Source of the DNA: Candidatus Latescibacterota bacterium | GTDB lineage: Bacteria > Latescibacterota > UBA2968 > GCA-2709665 | NCBI GenBank assembly: GCA_965248435.1 | Contig: OZ252100.1 | Location: 2,272,001 to 2,336,000 of the forward strand | Reading direction: 5' to 3' | DNA length: 64,000 nucleotides | Translations under genes and position numbers: made by a program | Shown: piece after piece, positions 39,433-50,100 of the stretch | How positions within the stretch are numbered: the first letter of the stretch is position 1 | How the letters are laid out: the number at the start of each line of letters is the position of its first letter | Notes under the pieces: model-generated | Databases searched by the model: none | The model's input: only the letters and a program-made list of their open reading frames with translations | What the model was told of the DNA's origin: nothing

Positions 39433-39528
39433 CCTTGTTCCACATTGCCGTCGTGTTCCATCAAGGGCAACTCACTATTGATTTTGCCATACCCGCTACC
39501 CGTGTTTTGCTTTCCAGGTATCTGGTTC

Positions 39529-39990
39529 TTACTCTGCGTCTCTGCGGTGGTGTTTGGTTTTCGAACGGCGAGCGACCGGTTTCTCCTCTGGATGCGGGGG
39601 GGGTCGCCTGCCGGTCTTCGGCGGGATTTTGTGCTCTTCCGTGATCCAGCCTTTCATTACGCGATCCCAAATCCGCCGTCCCCTGACGCTCCGCCTACCG
39701 TGCCTGGTAGTGGAAGCTATGAGATTGCCTACACCCAGTAGCCGTCGATAATCAGACCAGCTTAATTGTGCCCCCGGGGGCACAATTGGAAACCTGCTGT
39801 ACCGGTCGATCACCTCGTAGATAACCCGCCTTCGAAGTCCAATCCGCCCCTCGAACTCCCCGACTACGTAGGCCCCGTACTCCCGGTTTTTCCCCTCCTC
39901 GAGAATCTCTACCGCCCGCTCCGCCAAGGCGTCTAGTCTGCGAACCGTAACCATAGTTGCCATTGAACAGCCCAAAATCAAGTACACCAA
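39529..39990 (-). pseudogene. Truncated DUF1016 (YhcG) N-terminal fragment
   Basis: EYG..VV...FPIV....QLSWSDYRRLLGV, then runs into repeat-derived sequence; no PDDEXK domain. Confidence 0.55.
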
Positions 39991-40026
39991 CTCGAGTTTA
40001 CTGTTGGAAAACGGCTAGATATACGC

Positions 40027-40059
40027 AAAAAGGAGAGCCCAACCAAAATGTCGGGCTCT
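40027..40059 (-). terminator. Intrinsic terminator after the toxin-antitoxin pair
   Basis: AGAGCCCGAC-ATTTTG-GTTGGGCTCT-CCTTTTT on the minus strand. Confidence 0.7.
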
Positions 40060-40099
40060 ATCAGGTGCTCGGCAAGAGTATATCGCTTCGTGTCGATAC

Positions 40100-40477
40100 T
40101 CAGATGTCGAATTCGTACCAGGTGTTTCTAATAGATCGTGTCATATGGCGAGCATTTGCAGCATCATCTTGAATCCGTTTCAGCACAACTTTGTCCATGT
40201 CCTCTTCGATAACGTAAGACTCTAAACTCAAAACGGTCTCAAGATGCTTGATCGAATAGATCTTTGCCGCGGAATAGGCGATAACAGAATCGTGCTTAAT
40301 AAAAGGATGCTCGCCAGATTTCAAAATCGTTGTGCAGTCGGACTTACCGCGGCGTGTAGTTATAGATACCACTACAACCTCGTTATTGGCATTTGGACCT
40401 GTTAGCACAACGTGTAAGTGTCTCTTCTGCCCAGGCACAGTGGAATCCAAGAAACACAGTCCCGGCTTGATGACCAT
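40100..40477 (-). CDS. PemK/MazF-like putative toxin
   Basis: HLHVVL...VVVVSITT...HPFIKHDS pattern; lies directly downstream of the Panacea gene. Confidence 0.6.
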   Translation of the reverse strand: MVIKPGLCFLDSTVPGQKRHLHVVLTGPNANNEVVVVSITTRRGKSDCTTILKSGEHPFIKHDSVIAYSAAKIYSIKHLETVLSLESYVIEEDMDKVVLKRIQDDAANARHMTRSIRNTWYEFDI

Positions 40478-40481
40478 GATC

Positions 40482-41033
40482 CTATCCCAAGTGTTTCTCT
40501 TCCAGTGCCCTCGTCTCCAATTCTTCTATGATTTCGCGCCTATCTTCTTCCTTTACATCCAGCGCTCTCAGAATATCATCAAGAGTTATTTCCTCTGCAC
40601 CGCCACCAGGAGGACTACGCCACTCGGAAAAGCCGTGTGTGAGCTCGCTCATCTCCCATTTCGTTGTGCTTTTATACTCATCGAAAACTTCTCTGGCCAG
40701 TTCAACTTCAGCGTCGGATAGTTGGTCGTCTGGTGTCTCTCTCAATGGCCTTAGGGCATGCTGTTCCACTTCAGAAATGTATTGCCTCCAATATTCTCCT
40801 ATCGGGGGCCACGTTTCATTCTTGATGAGATCGTAGGTATTGCTCAGCACAGGACCAAGCTTCATCGAAACGTACCTGTCAAACGTAATGGGAAACTCCC
40901 ATCGCTTGAGAGCTTCGCGGTCTATGATGTACAAAAGCTTAAGAAGCTTAATCGTACTCATCTGGCCACCAGCCATCTTGAGTAAAACGCCGGCCAACTG
41001 AGTCGTTTTTCCTTCTCTAAATTCCGGCAGCAT
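40482..41033 (-). CDS. Panacea domain (DUF4065) antitoxin
   Basis: Motifs KLLKLLYIID, PIT.D.Y..MKLGPV and LTH.FSEW. Confidence 0.85.
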   Translation of the reverse strand: MLPEFREGKTTQLAGVLLKMAGGQMSTIKLLKLLYIIDREALKRWEFPITFDRYVSMKLGPVLSNTYDLIKNETWPPIGEYWRQYISEVEQHALRPLRETPDDQLSDAEVELAREVFDEYKSTTKWEMSELTHGFSEWRSPPGGGAEEITLDDILRALDVKEEDRREIIEELETRALEEKHLG

Positions 41034-41508
41034 GACACCCCCTGGATAGAGTCTGTCTCCCATGTTTAACGTATCGCTGATTCATCGCCCGATCTTTAGT
41101 GCACAAGGAGACAATATTCGCGCGCCACTCTATGCTTGGGTAATGCGCAAGAAAACTCAGGAATATCCAAGTTCTGGAAATATTTACCAATCTTCAAGGA
41201 AAAGGTAGTAGCTTCCGGCTGGCTTTCGAATTCACGGGGACAATTCGTACTTTGTGGGATAGCCCTAAGTAAGCCTCAGCAATCAGGTTACACATACAAG
41301 GACCATTACTACATATCATACTCTCAATTAACGCTTTCGTCAACCATTCGCACCCAACTTTACGTCTGCCAACCACTTACGTACACGGCTCGATTCTTGA
41401 TAATGTTCCCAATTTCTTGCGCTATCCATGCCAACAAGCAAACGCGCTGCCACGTCTCAACTCAAAGCTCGGCAAGTTCAATACGTTATTCGGCTAGACT
41501 CTGGATTT

Positions 41509-41940
41509 CTAGCTAAGCCGACGCCGAAGTCGATGCACGATGGGCAGAAAGATGAGGTACGAAAGTATGTGTGCGTAAACGACTGTTATAAGGATTGTAG
41601 CAAGTCCCAGTGGAGGCAACTTGGGATTTTCAAGAAACTTCGGGGTGTTCAGGAGATGGACAAGGCCGACCAGGAACCCGATCCAACCGGCGGCCAAAAC
41701 GAAGGTTCGGGCTTGTGCCCAAGAGTTGGCGGCTTCACGACTTTCTTCATCACTTAGATTTGAAGAGAAGGCGCCTTTCAACATCGTCCCGATCCCAGCA
41801 CGAGACTGCAGGAGCGCGCCAATCGTAAGGCCCGCGACGGCGATGACCGAGGGAATGTCAGTGAAATATCTGGGAGTTCCACCCATGTACGTACTAAGCA
41901 CGATGATAACGAGCGTAATGACGAGCCCCAGGATAGGCAT
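41509..41940 (-). CDS. Short MotA/PomA-like 4-TM membrane protein
   Basis: DIPSVIAVAGLTIGALL, GWIGFLVGLVHLL and LATILITVVYA...IFLPI match MotA TM2-TM4; AAGGAGG RBS. Confidence 0.6.
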   Translation of the reverse strand: MPILGLVITLVIIVLSTYMGGTPRYFTDIPSVIAVAGLTIGALLQSRAGIGTMLKGAFSSNLSDEESREAANSWAQARTFVLAAGWIGFLVGLVHLLNTPKFLENPKLPPLGLATILITVVYAHILSYLIFLPIVHRLRRRLS

Positions 41941-41987
41941 TTGTTCCTCCTTTGAATTGAAAACGTGAACCTCCTACATCAAGACAT

Positions 41988-42617
41988 CTATGCGTTCTTT
42001 CGAGCGTCTTCGATAAGTTCGGGAAGCCCCCTGATCCCGAGTACTCTCCTCAATGCCCTTACTCGACGATATATTGGATCGGCTTCGGGATCGGGGCGAG
42101 GAAATCCCTGTGGATCTTCGATGTATTCAGCGAGCCCGTGGATACCGATCCTCTTTCTAAGGTCCAGGAGGCCGCGTGCGATCGGGTCGAGGCCACGCTT
42201 TTGTTCGGCATGATGGATCACCTCAGAGATGCTTCTGATCCCAATTGCCTTTCGACCTGACTCGTCGGAGCCGACAAGGATCACCGCGACCAAGGTTGCC
42301 GCGGCCAGCGCCGGACGCCAAACACGGTCGGACCAGAGGGAGCCCTTGAGAGTCGTCCAAATGTTCTGATTCGCTTCCTCACCCTTTTGCGCTTCTGCGA
42401 GGACAGATTCGACCACTGTCAGTGGTGGATCGGTTCCCGGAAGCGAACCATACGCCTTCAGGGCAGACTCGATCCCGAGCATCTCCTGTCGACAGTTAGA
42501 ACAGGTCAGCAGGTGCGCTTCCCAACGTTCGCGTTCTTCGACCGATAGCTCGTTGCTCAGCATCAGCCAGACATCTCGAGAAAATCTTTCGCAGAAAGCT
42601 TGGCCCTCTTGATTCAT
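41988..42617 (-). CDS. Zinc-binding anti-sigma factor (zf-HC2) with a TM helix
   Basis: HLLTCSNC (HxxxCxxC) and one TM; coupled to the ECF sigma gene. Confidence 0.82.
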   Translation of the reverse strand: MNQEGQAFCERFSRDVWLMLSNELSVEERERWEAHLLTCSNCRQEMLGIESALKAYGSLPGTDPPLTVVESVLAEAQKGEEANQNIWTTLKGSLWSDRVWRPALAAATLVAVILVGSDESGRKAIGIRSISEVIHHAEQKRGLDPIARGLLDLRKRIGIHGLAEYIEDPQGFPRPDPEADPIYRRVRALRRVLGIRGLPELIEDARKNA

Positions 42618-43198
42618 TTCGGGTCCTTTCTACAATCTGCATCCGGGTCAACCACGTGCTTCAGTGCACTTCGCAGCTTGGCCGCCGCATATCGCATATG
42701 GCTGATTACGGTATTCAATGGCTCCCGTGTCAGCTCGGCGATCTCCCTGAACCGAAGCGCTCCGTGCTGACGAAGAAGGAAAACTCGTCGCTGCTTCTCA
42801 GGTAAGGCCGCTAATGCAGCTTCAATTGCTTCTCTTAGTTCCGCGCGCTCCAGTTTCTCGTCTGATCCTATAAGCGGGTCTTCGGCCGCATCGACAGCCC
42901 CCTGATCCTGCACAATCCATTCTCTCTGCCGATAGCCGCGCCTCCACGCGTCCGTCGCGACGCGATTCGCGATACCGAATAGCCAGCTGTCAAACTTTCC
43001 CTGTTCCCTGTAGGTCGGAAGGCCCTTCAAGACCTTAATGAAGGTCTCCTGGAAGAGGTCTTCCGCGGTCTCCGGACTTCCCGACATTCGCAGGAGAAAG
43101 GTGTAAATAGGCCGCTGGTACCTTTTCACGAGGGCTTCGAACGCATCCGATTCGCCCTGCAGAAACCTTCCGATCAGGCTTGAATCGTCTAGATTCAT
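42614..43198 (-). CDS. ECF RNA polymerase sigma factor
   Basis: AEDLFQETF, FDSWLFGIA.N and region 4 FREIAE...NTV.S.M.YA. Confidence 0.95.
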   Translation of the reverse strand: MNLDDSSLIGRFLQGESDAFEALVKRYQRPIYTFLLRMSGSPETAEDLFQETFIKVLKGLPTYREQGKFDSWLFGIANRVATDAWRRGYRQREWIVQDQGAVDAAEDPLIGSDEKLERAELREAIEAALAALPEKQRRVFLLRQHGALRFREIAELTREPLNTVISHMRYAAAKLRSALKHVVDPDADCRKDPK

Positions 43199-43265
43199 TC
43201 AGGTTCCACAAGTGAGAGTCTACTTAGATAAACGCAGAACAATCGAATTTATTGTATCAGCTTCG

Positions 43266-43321
43266 AAAAAGAAGAAACCCCGAAGACTAACACCCAAACG
43301 GGTCCAGTTAGTCCTCGGGGT
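43266..43321 (-). terminator. Long-stem terminator after the LLM gene
   Basis: ACCCCGAGGACTAAC...GTTAGTCTTCGGGGT-TTCTTCTTTTT on the minus strand. Confidence 0.65.
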
Positions 43322-43363
43322 CTGGCAAATCCGGGGTGAGCGCGGGCCGGGGATGTTAGCCCA

Positions 43364-44374
43364 TTACCGGAAGCGCGGCATGACGTGCTCTGCGAACAGC
43401 TTCATCGAGTCGACAGCCTGATCGTGGCTGATCTCGCCCCACTTGAACCAGCACAGCACTTCGCCTACCCCCATTGCCTGCAGCTCCGAGATCTGATCTG
43501 CGACTTCTTCCGGCGATCCGGCCGCAACCCGTTCCTTGATCTGCCGGCTGATCTCCTCCTGATCAGGCTCCTGATCCCTTTCCCCTTCTGATCTCAGCCA
43601 TCTCACGATCTGCATCTGCCAGGCTGTGGCTGCTTCAACGGTTTTCCGGTTCCAATCGGGATCCGTCGACACAAAAACGTGACGCTGAGCGCCCACGTGC
43701 TTCAAACAGAGATCGACCTGAGCCCGGGGATGGTCAGTCTGGCTAAGGGCCGATCGATAAGTCTCGACCTTAGACTTGACGGCCTCCAGGGCACCGAGAA
43801 CCAACAGCCGATGTCCCGCCTGGGCCGCCTCCACGATCGACTTAGACTGATTGGCGGTAACCACGATCGGCGGATGAGGCACCTGATAGGGCTTGATCGA
43901 GATCGCTGCATCCTTGAACTGGAAGCCTGCTCCATCGTAGTCGAATCGATCCTGAGTCCATGCCCGCTCTACGATCTCCAGAATCTCTTTATGCATCGCG
44001 TGCCGACGGCCGAAGTCGACACCGTAAATGGAGAATTCAAATGGCGAGTATCCCGGGCCGAAACCGGCCATCACACGGCCTTCACTCAGATGGTCGACCA
44101 ATGCGATCTCCTCGGCCAGGCGGATCGGGTGATGCAGCGGAGTGACGTTGACGGCAAACCCGATCCCCAGGCGGCGAGTCTTCATGGCGACTGCCGCTGC
44201 CAATACCGAAGGCGAAGGCGATAGACCGTACTCCGAGCCGTGGTGCTCGGTCAACCAGACGTGGTCGAACCCCAACTGCTCAGACAGTTCGATCTCGCGC
44301 AGGGTCTCTTGAATAATCTCGTGGCTTTCGATGCCCCGTCGGTGAGACATGATCTTGAATGTGCTGAACAGCAT
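43364..44374 (-). CDS. LLM-class flavin-dependent oxidoreductase
   Basis: Motifs VWLTEHH, HPIRLAEE..LVD.LS.GR and FAEHVMP. Confidence 0.93.
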   Translation of the reverse strand: MLFSTFKIMSHRRGIESHEIIQETLREIELSEQLGFDHVWLTEHHGSEYGLSPSPSVLAAAVAMKTRRLGIGFAVNVTPLHHPIRLAEEIALVDHLSEGRVMAGFGPGYSPFEFSIYGVDFGRRHAMHKEILEIVERAWTQDRFDYDGAGFQFKDAAISIKPYQVPHPPIVVTANQSKSIVEAAQAGHRLLVLGALEAVKSKVETYRSALSQTDHPRAQVDLCLKHVGAQRHVFVSTDPDWNRKTVEAATAWQMQIVRWLRSEGERDQEPDQEEISRQIKERVAAGSPEEVADQISELQAMGVGEVLCWFKWGEISHDQAVDSMKLFAEHVMPRFR

Positions 44375-44580
44375 TTAGGGCTCCGATGATATTGAAGCCT
44401 GGGGGTCGGCCTGCTCAAAGCCTAAAATAAAAAGAAAACCCGCTGCCGAGGGGGACTCAACGTCGGGTTCAGATTCTGACCAAAGCGATCTCGCCCAAGA
44501 CTATAATTGATCCCGTCGCTTTATCTTAAGGAACGTCACTTTCGGTTGCGAAACAGCGAGCGACGAACGACGGTCCTACG

Positions 44581-44632
44581 GTACCCGGTACCCGTGTTTT
44601 GATTTCACGGGGCGACCCAGCGTCGCCCCCAA
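44581..44632. repeat. Dispersed repeat (GGTACCCGTGTTTTG plus GGGGCGAC..GTCGCCCC hairpin)
   Basis: Near-identical to 46019-46070. Confidence 0.65.
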
Positions 44633-44678
44633 ACCGTAAGATCCCTGTAACCTATCTACCTATCCCGGTACTCGGCTA

Positions 44679-45953
44679 CTAAGTCTGCTTCACCGATCTC
44701 TTCCTGAGCGTAATAAACTCGGGCGCCTCACGAACGCATTCGCCCAGGATCCCGATCGACCGCCAGAGTGCGCGAAAGCCCGTGCATTTGACATCGGCTC
44801 CAGGTCCCTCGGCGACGGAATACCCATCGTCATCGGCTACGGTATGCTCCCACCCCTTGAACAGCCGGCCCCACTCGCTCTGCAGGACCAGGGACATCTG
44901 CTTCTTCGCGAAGAACGGGTACCAGAAACTGTCGTGGTAGAGCACACTCGCGATGTAGGCCCACGGTGCCAGGACCGTCTTGAGCGTCCACTCGATCGGC
45001 CGCTTTAGCGGACCCCAGTAGATTTTGTGCTGCATCCTGGATGCGAACGTCATCTTCTTGTAAGGTCCGACGAAGCCCCAGTCCTGCTCAGCCGCCTCCA
45101 CGTCACCTGCGATCTCGATCTCCTTCGGATCGCCGCATCCCAGCCCCAGCTCGTGGGCCAGCCGGATGTACTTGATCGATAGCGGATCCATCCCCATCAT
45201 CCTGGCCGAGACGGCGTCGATGGCCACCTGATCCTCACTCGCCAGAATCACGTCTTTGACATAGGGGATCATACAGCGTGGCCCAGGGCCATCCCCGGCA
45301 AAGGTCCCGTCCATCACTGCGAAGACACCCCGGTGGATTCTTTTCTGAATCATGAGCAGATCTACGAGCGTCTCGTGGATCACGGGGTGCGTCCAGTGCC
45401 GCCGCTCATTCAACAGCCCGCCGAAGGCGTTCTTCATCGCGCCCGTGGTCGTCGTAAAGACATGCGTTTTCACTGTCGGAAGGTGAATGATGTTCTTTCC
45501 AATGAAGCGCCTCGGGATGAAGAATCCCTTGGGGTAGACCTCGTTGAGACAGAGGAATCGGTCCGCGAGATCGCCGACTGCATCCCGAATGTGAATCCAC
45601 TCCTCACCTTCATAAAGGTGGATGTTCCGCAGCCCGTGGGCCTCTACCACGTCGATCTGTTTGTTTTCCCGCTCCCCCAACCGCGCGTCGATCACCACGG
45701 TGCGATTGTGGCACGCGTAGAACAGGTCCGGGTCATAGCCGTCGCGCTTCATCCCTCGGATCACGCCCTCGAGCTGCCAGGGCGTCGTGGAGCAGCCGGG
45801 GAAGAAGAAGTGCCAGGACACGTTCACCTTCAGCGTCGTCTCCACCTCCCGGTCGATCACATCCTGATAGCCGGCCAGGTTCAGCAGGCGATGATAGTCG
45901 GCCAGGATCGTTTTCGGGCTGGTCTTTAGAACCGCGACCTTGCTTTTTCCCAC
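44679..45953 (-). CDS. DUF362 domain protein (Fe-S binding)
   Basis: Motifs LKVNVSW, LPTVKTH, TGAMKNAFG, GDGP and DQVAIDA; GTG start inferred. Confidence 0.85.
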   Translation of the reverse strand: MGKSKVAVLKTSPKTILADYHRLLNLAGYQDVIDREVETTLKVNVSWHFFFPGCSTTPWQLEGVIRGMKRDGYDPDLFYACHNRTVVIDARLGERENKQIDVVEAHGLRNIHLYEGEEWIHIRDAVGDLADRFLCLNEVYPKGFFIPRRFIGKNIIHLPTVKTHVFTTTTGAMKNAFGGLLNERRHWTHPVIHETLVDLLMIQKRIHRGVFAVMDGTFAGDGPGPRCMIPYVKDVILASEDQVAIDAVSARMMGMDPLSIKYIRLAHELGLGCGDPKEIEIAGDVEAAEQDWGFVGPYKKMTFASRMQHKIYWGPLKRPIEWTLKTVLAPWAYIASVLYHDSFWYPFFAKKQMSLVLQSEWGRLFKGWEHTVADDDGYSVAEGPGADVKCTGFRALWRSIGILGECVREAPEFITLRKRSVKQT

Positions 45954-45960
45954 GTGTGTC

Positions 45961-46070
45961 AAATCCCCCTTAATCCCCCTTTTCCAAAGGGGGAAGGTCA
46001 TTTCTTATCCCTACGCTTCCCGGTACCCGTGTTTTGCTTTCCCCGGGGCGACGCGTGCGTCGCCCCTACA
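45961..46070. repeat. Cluster of REP-like repeats
   Basis: AAATCCCCCTTAATCCCCCTTTTCCAAAGGGGG, followed by GGTACCCGTGTTTTG and GGGGCGACGCGTGCGTCGCCCCTAC. Confidence 0.65.
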
Positions 46071-46127
46071 CCGCCGATCTTTTATGATATCCGGTACCCG
46101 ATTCCTCTGCGGTGAAACTTTGGCTCA

Positions 46128-47042
46128 TCACGTAAGATAGAGCACTGCAACAAGCGTAATCAACCAGAGACCGCCATTGATCAACAGCGGGAGATCTCGC
46201 ATAATCGTCGATGAAGGATTTCCCCCTTCACCCTTTGTATAGACGAGGTAGAGATAGCGGAGCAGTCCGTAGATCACGAACGGAATCGTCAGATTCAGAT
46301 ACTGCGTCCCCAACTTCTCCATCACCTCCGGAGACATCGTGTAGAGCGCGTAGGTGACCAGCGCCCCGGCCGTCACTACCGAGATCATCTGATCCAGGAA
46401 CCTGAGCGAGTACTCTTCCAGGCTCCGACGATGGTCCGGCGCGTCCGCGTCCAGAAGCACGAGCTCCTGGCGACGCTTCACAAACCCCAGAAACAGCGCA
46501 AGCAGCATCGTGCAGAGGATAAACCACGAAGAGATGGCCACTTCGATCGCGAATGCCCCACCGACGGCGCGAAGCAGAAACCCTGCGGCCACAATCATCA
46601 CGTCCAGGATGACGAGTCTCTTCAAGTAAAGCGAATAGGCGACGTTCAGGACTGCATAACTGAACACGACCCAGCCGAACTGGACGTTGAGCCGAAACGA
46701 GCCGAGGAGCGCGAGGACCACGATGACAAAAGCCCCCACAGAGGCCCACCGGATGCTCAGTTTTCCCGAGGCGATCGGCCGATGTTGTTTCTCTGGATGC
46801 CTCCGGTCACGTTCCAGGTCCCGGATGTCATTAAAGATGTAAACCGTCCCGGAGATCAGACAGAATAGAAGGAAGGCGAGCGCGCTGCGGGCGGCAAAGG
46901 AAGGATCAAACAGGTGGCCGGAAAAGATGAGTGCGGCGAGGACGAACAGATTTTTTGACCACTGCTGGGGCCTCATGGCCGTTAAAAAGGCGAACAACGA
47001 AACCCCTCCCGTTACGTTGGCCTGGTAGACTCGTTTCTTCAC
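46128..47042 (-). CDS. Decaprenyl-phosphate phosphoribosyltransferase-like UbiA protein
   Basis: Motifs MRPQQWSKN, YIFND..D...DR.HP.K..RPIASG, KRRQE and EGGNPS. Confidence 0.9.
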   Translation of the reverse strand: MKKRVYQANVTGGVSLFAFLTAMRPQQWSKNLFVLAALIFSGHLFDPSFAARSALAFLLFCLISGTVYIFNDIRDLERDRRHPEKQHRPIASGKLSIRWASVGAFVIVVLALLGSFRLNVQFGWVVFSYAVLNVAYSLYLKRLVILDVMIVAAGFLLRAVGGAFAIEVAISSWFILCTMLLALFLGFVKRRQELVLLDADAPDHRRSLEEYSLRFLDQMISVVTAGALVTYALYTMSPEVMEKLGTQYLNLTIPFVIYGLLRYLYLVYTKGEGGNPSSTIMRDLPLLINGGLWLITLVAVLYLT

Positions 47043-47167
47043 TTATGAGCGGGGAAACATAGTATCAACAACAATGCCGCCCGAAGATGCTGATGTTATT
47101 CCTGTGTCGTATTCTCTTCGGCCTCTGCGTCTCTGCGGTAAGATTTCGGACGTATCGCGTCTTCACG

Positions 47168-50100
47168 CTAAATCGAGATCCCGAAGTAGTACCTCCGACT
47201 GTCTACAGGTATCCTCGCGCCGGTTACACGGTCACGAATAAAATCGCTCGTCGGCTTGGCAAACTGAAAGTAGCCGAAAACGGGGAACACATAGTTTGCG
47301 GTCATCTGGAACCTGAGCTCGAATCCCCAATCTGTAAGGAACTTGTCTTTGTCGATGTCCTTAACGACGTCCCTGAACCTGGCCGAATTTCCTGTGGCTC
47401 CGGTCTCCACGAAGATGGAACCGTAGAGCTTGTCGAAGGCAAATGGGGCCAGCTCCTTGTCGATCCTCTGGAAGATCGGGAAGGTGAATGTCGCTCTCCC
47501 ATAGACCACCTTGCCCCCTGAGAGGGAGAAATAGGGGTAGCCCCTCAGCGTGCCCAACCCCCCGAGGTAGTACCTCAGCGGAAAATAGAAAGAGCCTTCG
47601 AGCGTGCCCCCGTTCTGCACGGGGTCCTTAATCTCCTTGTCTTTGTAGCCCACGAAACCCTGAAGGCCAAGCGTCGCCCGTCCGGGAAAAGGAATGAACT
47701 CGTTCCATGAAAAGATATACTCGTTGATGCCCAGCTTCTTGTTGTCCGAACGGAAAATGCTCGGTGTCGGATCCGTCGCCGTCGGGTCGGGGATCTGATT
47801 CTGATCGAGATCGGTAGACAGGGCCAGGGAATCCGTCACCGTCGCGTTGATTCGGCTGTACCTGAAGGTGACGGAGCGTCCCTGTCTGGGATTCAGGAAC
47901 ATATCCTTTGTCGGTTTGAAGCTCGCGTAGCGCCAGCCGACGATAAGGTTGTTGCTCCGGAAATAGGTCAGGTCATGATAAAACGAATCTTCAAAATCCC
48001 GGGGATCCTGAACGAATCCAGGGACCTGGTCCGTGATGTCCTGATTCACACCCTGGGCATTCCGCTGAAATAGGCGGGTACTGTCGAGGAGTGTCTGCTT
48101 TACGAGCAGGTTCTCCGAATAGCGGCGGTGGTTGTAAGCAAGCGAGAGCATCTGACCGCGCCCCACGCCCATCTCGAATCCCAGCGTAAAATCGTTGAAC
48201 ACATCTTTGAACTCGTCCTCTTGCTGCAGTGTCAAGTTGAGCTGCTGAGTCGTGTTCGGAATAATGACCTGCTGAGAGTCGATCACCGTAATCAGCGTCC
48301 CCGAAGACGTATCCTGTTGGCTGAGCACGGTCCCCCGTTCGAGCAGGCTGTTGATCGTGGTTTTGTTGAAGCTGGTAAAGAACGTCGGTCGATACGATTT
48401 GTGTTCCGTCTCCAGCGCACGCAGACCCTTTTCATAGTAGAAGTACAGATCCGAATTCAGGTCAGTCCGCCTCCGGAGGTTCTTCCCCACACTGAACCCG
48501 GCCACGATCACGTCGCTCCCGAAAAACTCCCCCCAGGCGGCCTGCGCCCCAACGCTGATCTGATCCAGACCGAACCGGTTTCCGATAAACGTGGGTCCAA
48601 GGACCAGAATCGGGATGATCCCGACACCCTTCGTCGTTATCCGTCCGCCATATCGGCCGATGCTGTAGAGGTCGCTCAGCTTCTCCCCCGTGTAGATGCC
48701 CCGGTAGTCCCTGGGAAGGGCCTCCGCAACCTCGACGGGAACGGCCGCGGACCTCTGAATCCGGTAAAGGCTGTAGTTCGCGGCGTGAAATCCAGCGTAA
48801 ATAATCTCCTCTCCATCTGGGGAAACCGTGGGCACGAATGCCCCGCCGATGACGTTCGTGATCTGTTCCTGCCGGCCGGTCACCAGGTCGTAGGAATAGA
48901 GGTTGAAGATGCCCGTGCGGTCCGAGCTGAAAACGAACCCACTGCCGTCCGGGAGCCAGACCGGATCCCGTTCGTCCGCTGACGAGCTGACCAGCGCTTC
49001 GAATCCGGCATCGCTCGCGTAAGCCACACTGTCGGGGAAGACCGCCAGGCTGTCATCCTCCGCCTCTTTGTCCTTATTACGCTTGCGGTGTTTGGGCCTG
49101 GGCGTCGCGTCCGGATCGATGATGGCGATGTCCCGATCTTCTCCCCTGAACACCGTGAAAAGAATGCGCTTTCCATCCGGAGACCACTTGGGCCCAAAGT
49201 ACTGCGTCCCGTTGTTGTTTTGCGTCAGATGGCGAACACGTGTGCTGTCGATCCGGAGAATCCCCAGGCTGTTCGTCCCGCCCCGATTTCCCACGAAGGC
49301 CACCTCCGTCCCGCCGGGCGAAATCGACGGGTCCTTCCCCCGAAGCCCAATCGTGACTCGCTTCTCCTTCTTCCGCTCCAGGTCGTAGGAGAAGAGATCC
49401 CACCGGCCGCCGACCGACCTGACGAAGAAAAGACCTTTTCCATCAGGGGCCCACGAGAACCGGGTGGACAGCAGCCCGAACGGCTTGTCGTTCCATTCGG
49501 CCACGGTATCGGTCCTGCGCGTGGAGAGATCCATGATCACCAGCTTGTTCAGCCTGTAATCTTCTCCGTCATTGGTAATAAATGCGACCTTCGATCCGTC
49601 AGGGGAATACGTCGGATAGAATTCATACGACCCCTTGTCAAAGATCAGTTCCCCTTCCCGCTCGCCCACCCTACCCACTGAGTCAGCTACCGCCCCGTAT
49701 TTTTCCTCCAGGTGCGCCACCCAGTCGTCGTAGACGCGATCCGCCGAGATCCCGAACGCCTTCTTCACGGACGATTTGAAGTTGACGATAGGTCGATGGT
49801 CCAACAAGGCCCGGACCCTTTCATCGCCATAGCTCTGTTCCATGTAGTTCAGGAGAGCGTACCCCTGATTGTAGACCATCTCGCTGTGGAAGCCGTCTTT
49901 TCCCGAGAAACTGTTCATGCCGGTGTAAGTATGAAGATCATTTTCCAGGGTCGCCATTCGAAGCAGCATATCCCGATGCGTGTCCCAGGAATCCCCTCCG
50001 AATTTTTTCGATTCGAACTGCGCGACGCCCTCGACGTACCAAATTGGAACCGCCGTATGGTAGATGGGAAGCACGAAACGATAATCCGGGTTGCTGTTCG

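Noticed and set aside
37506-41500. Run of short unrelated low-GC genes as integron cassettes
   Set aside because: I found no convincing attC sites (RYYYAAC...GTTRRRY with dyad symmetry) and no integrase.
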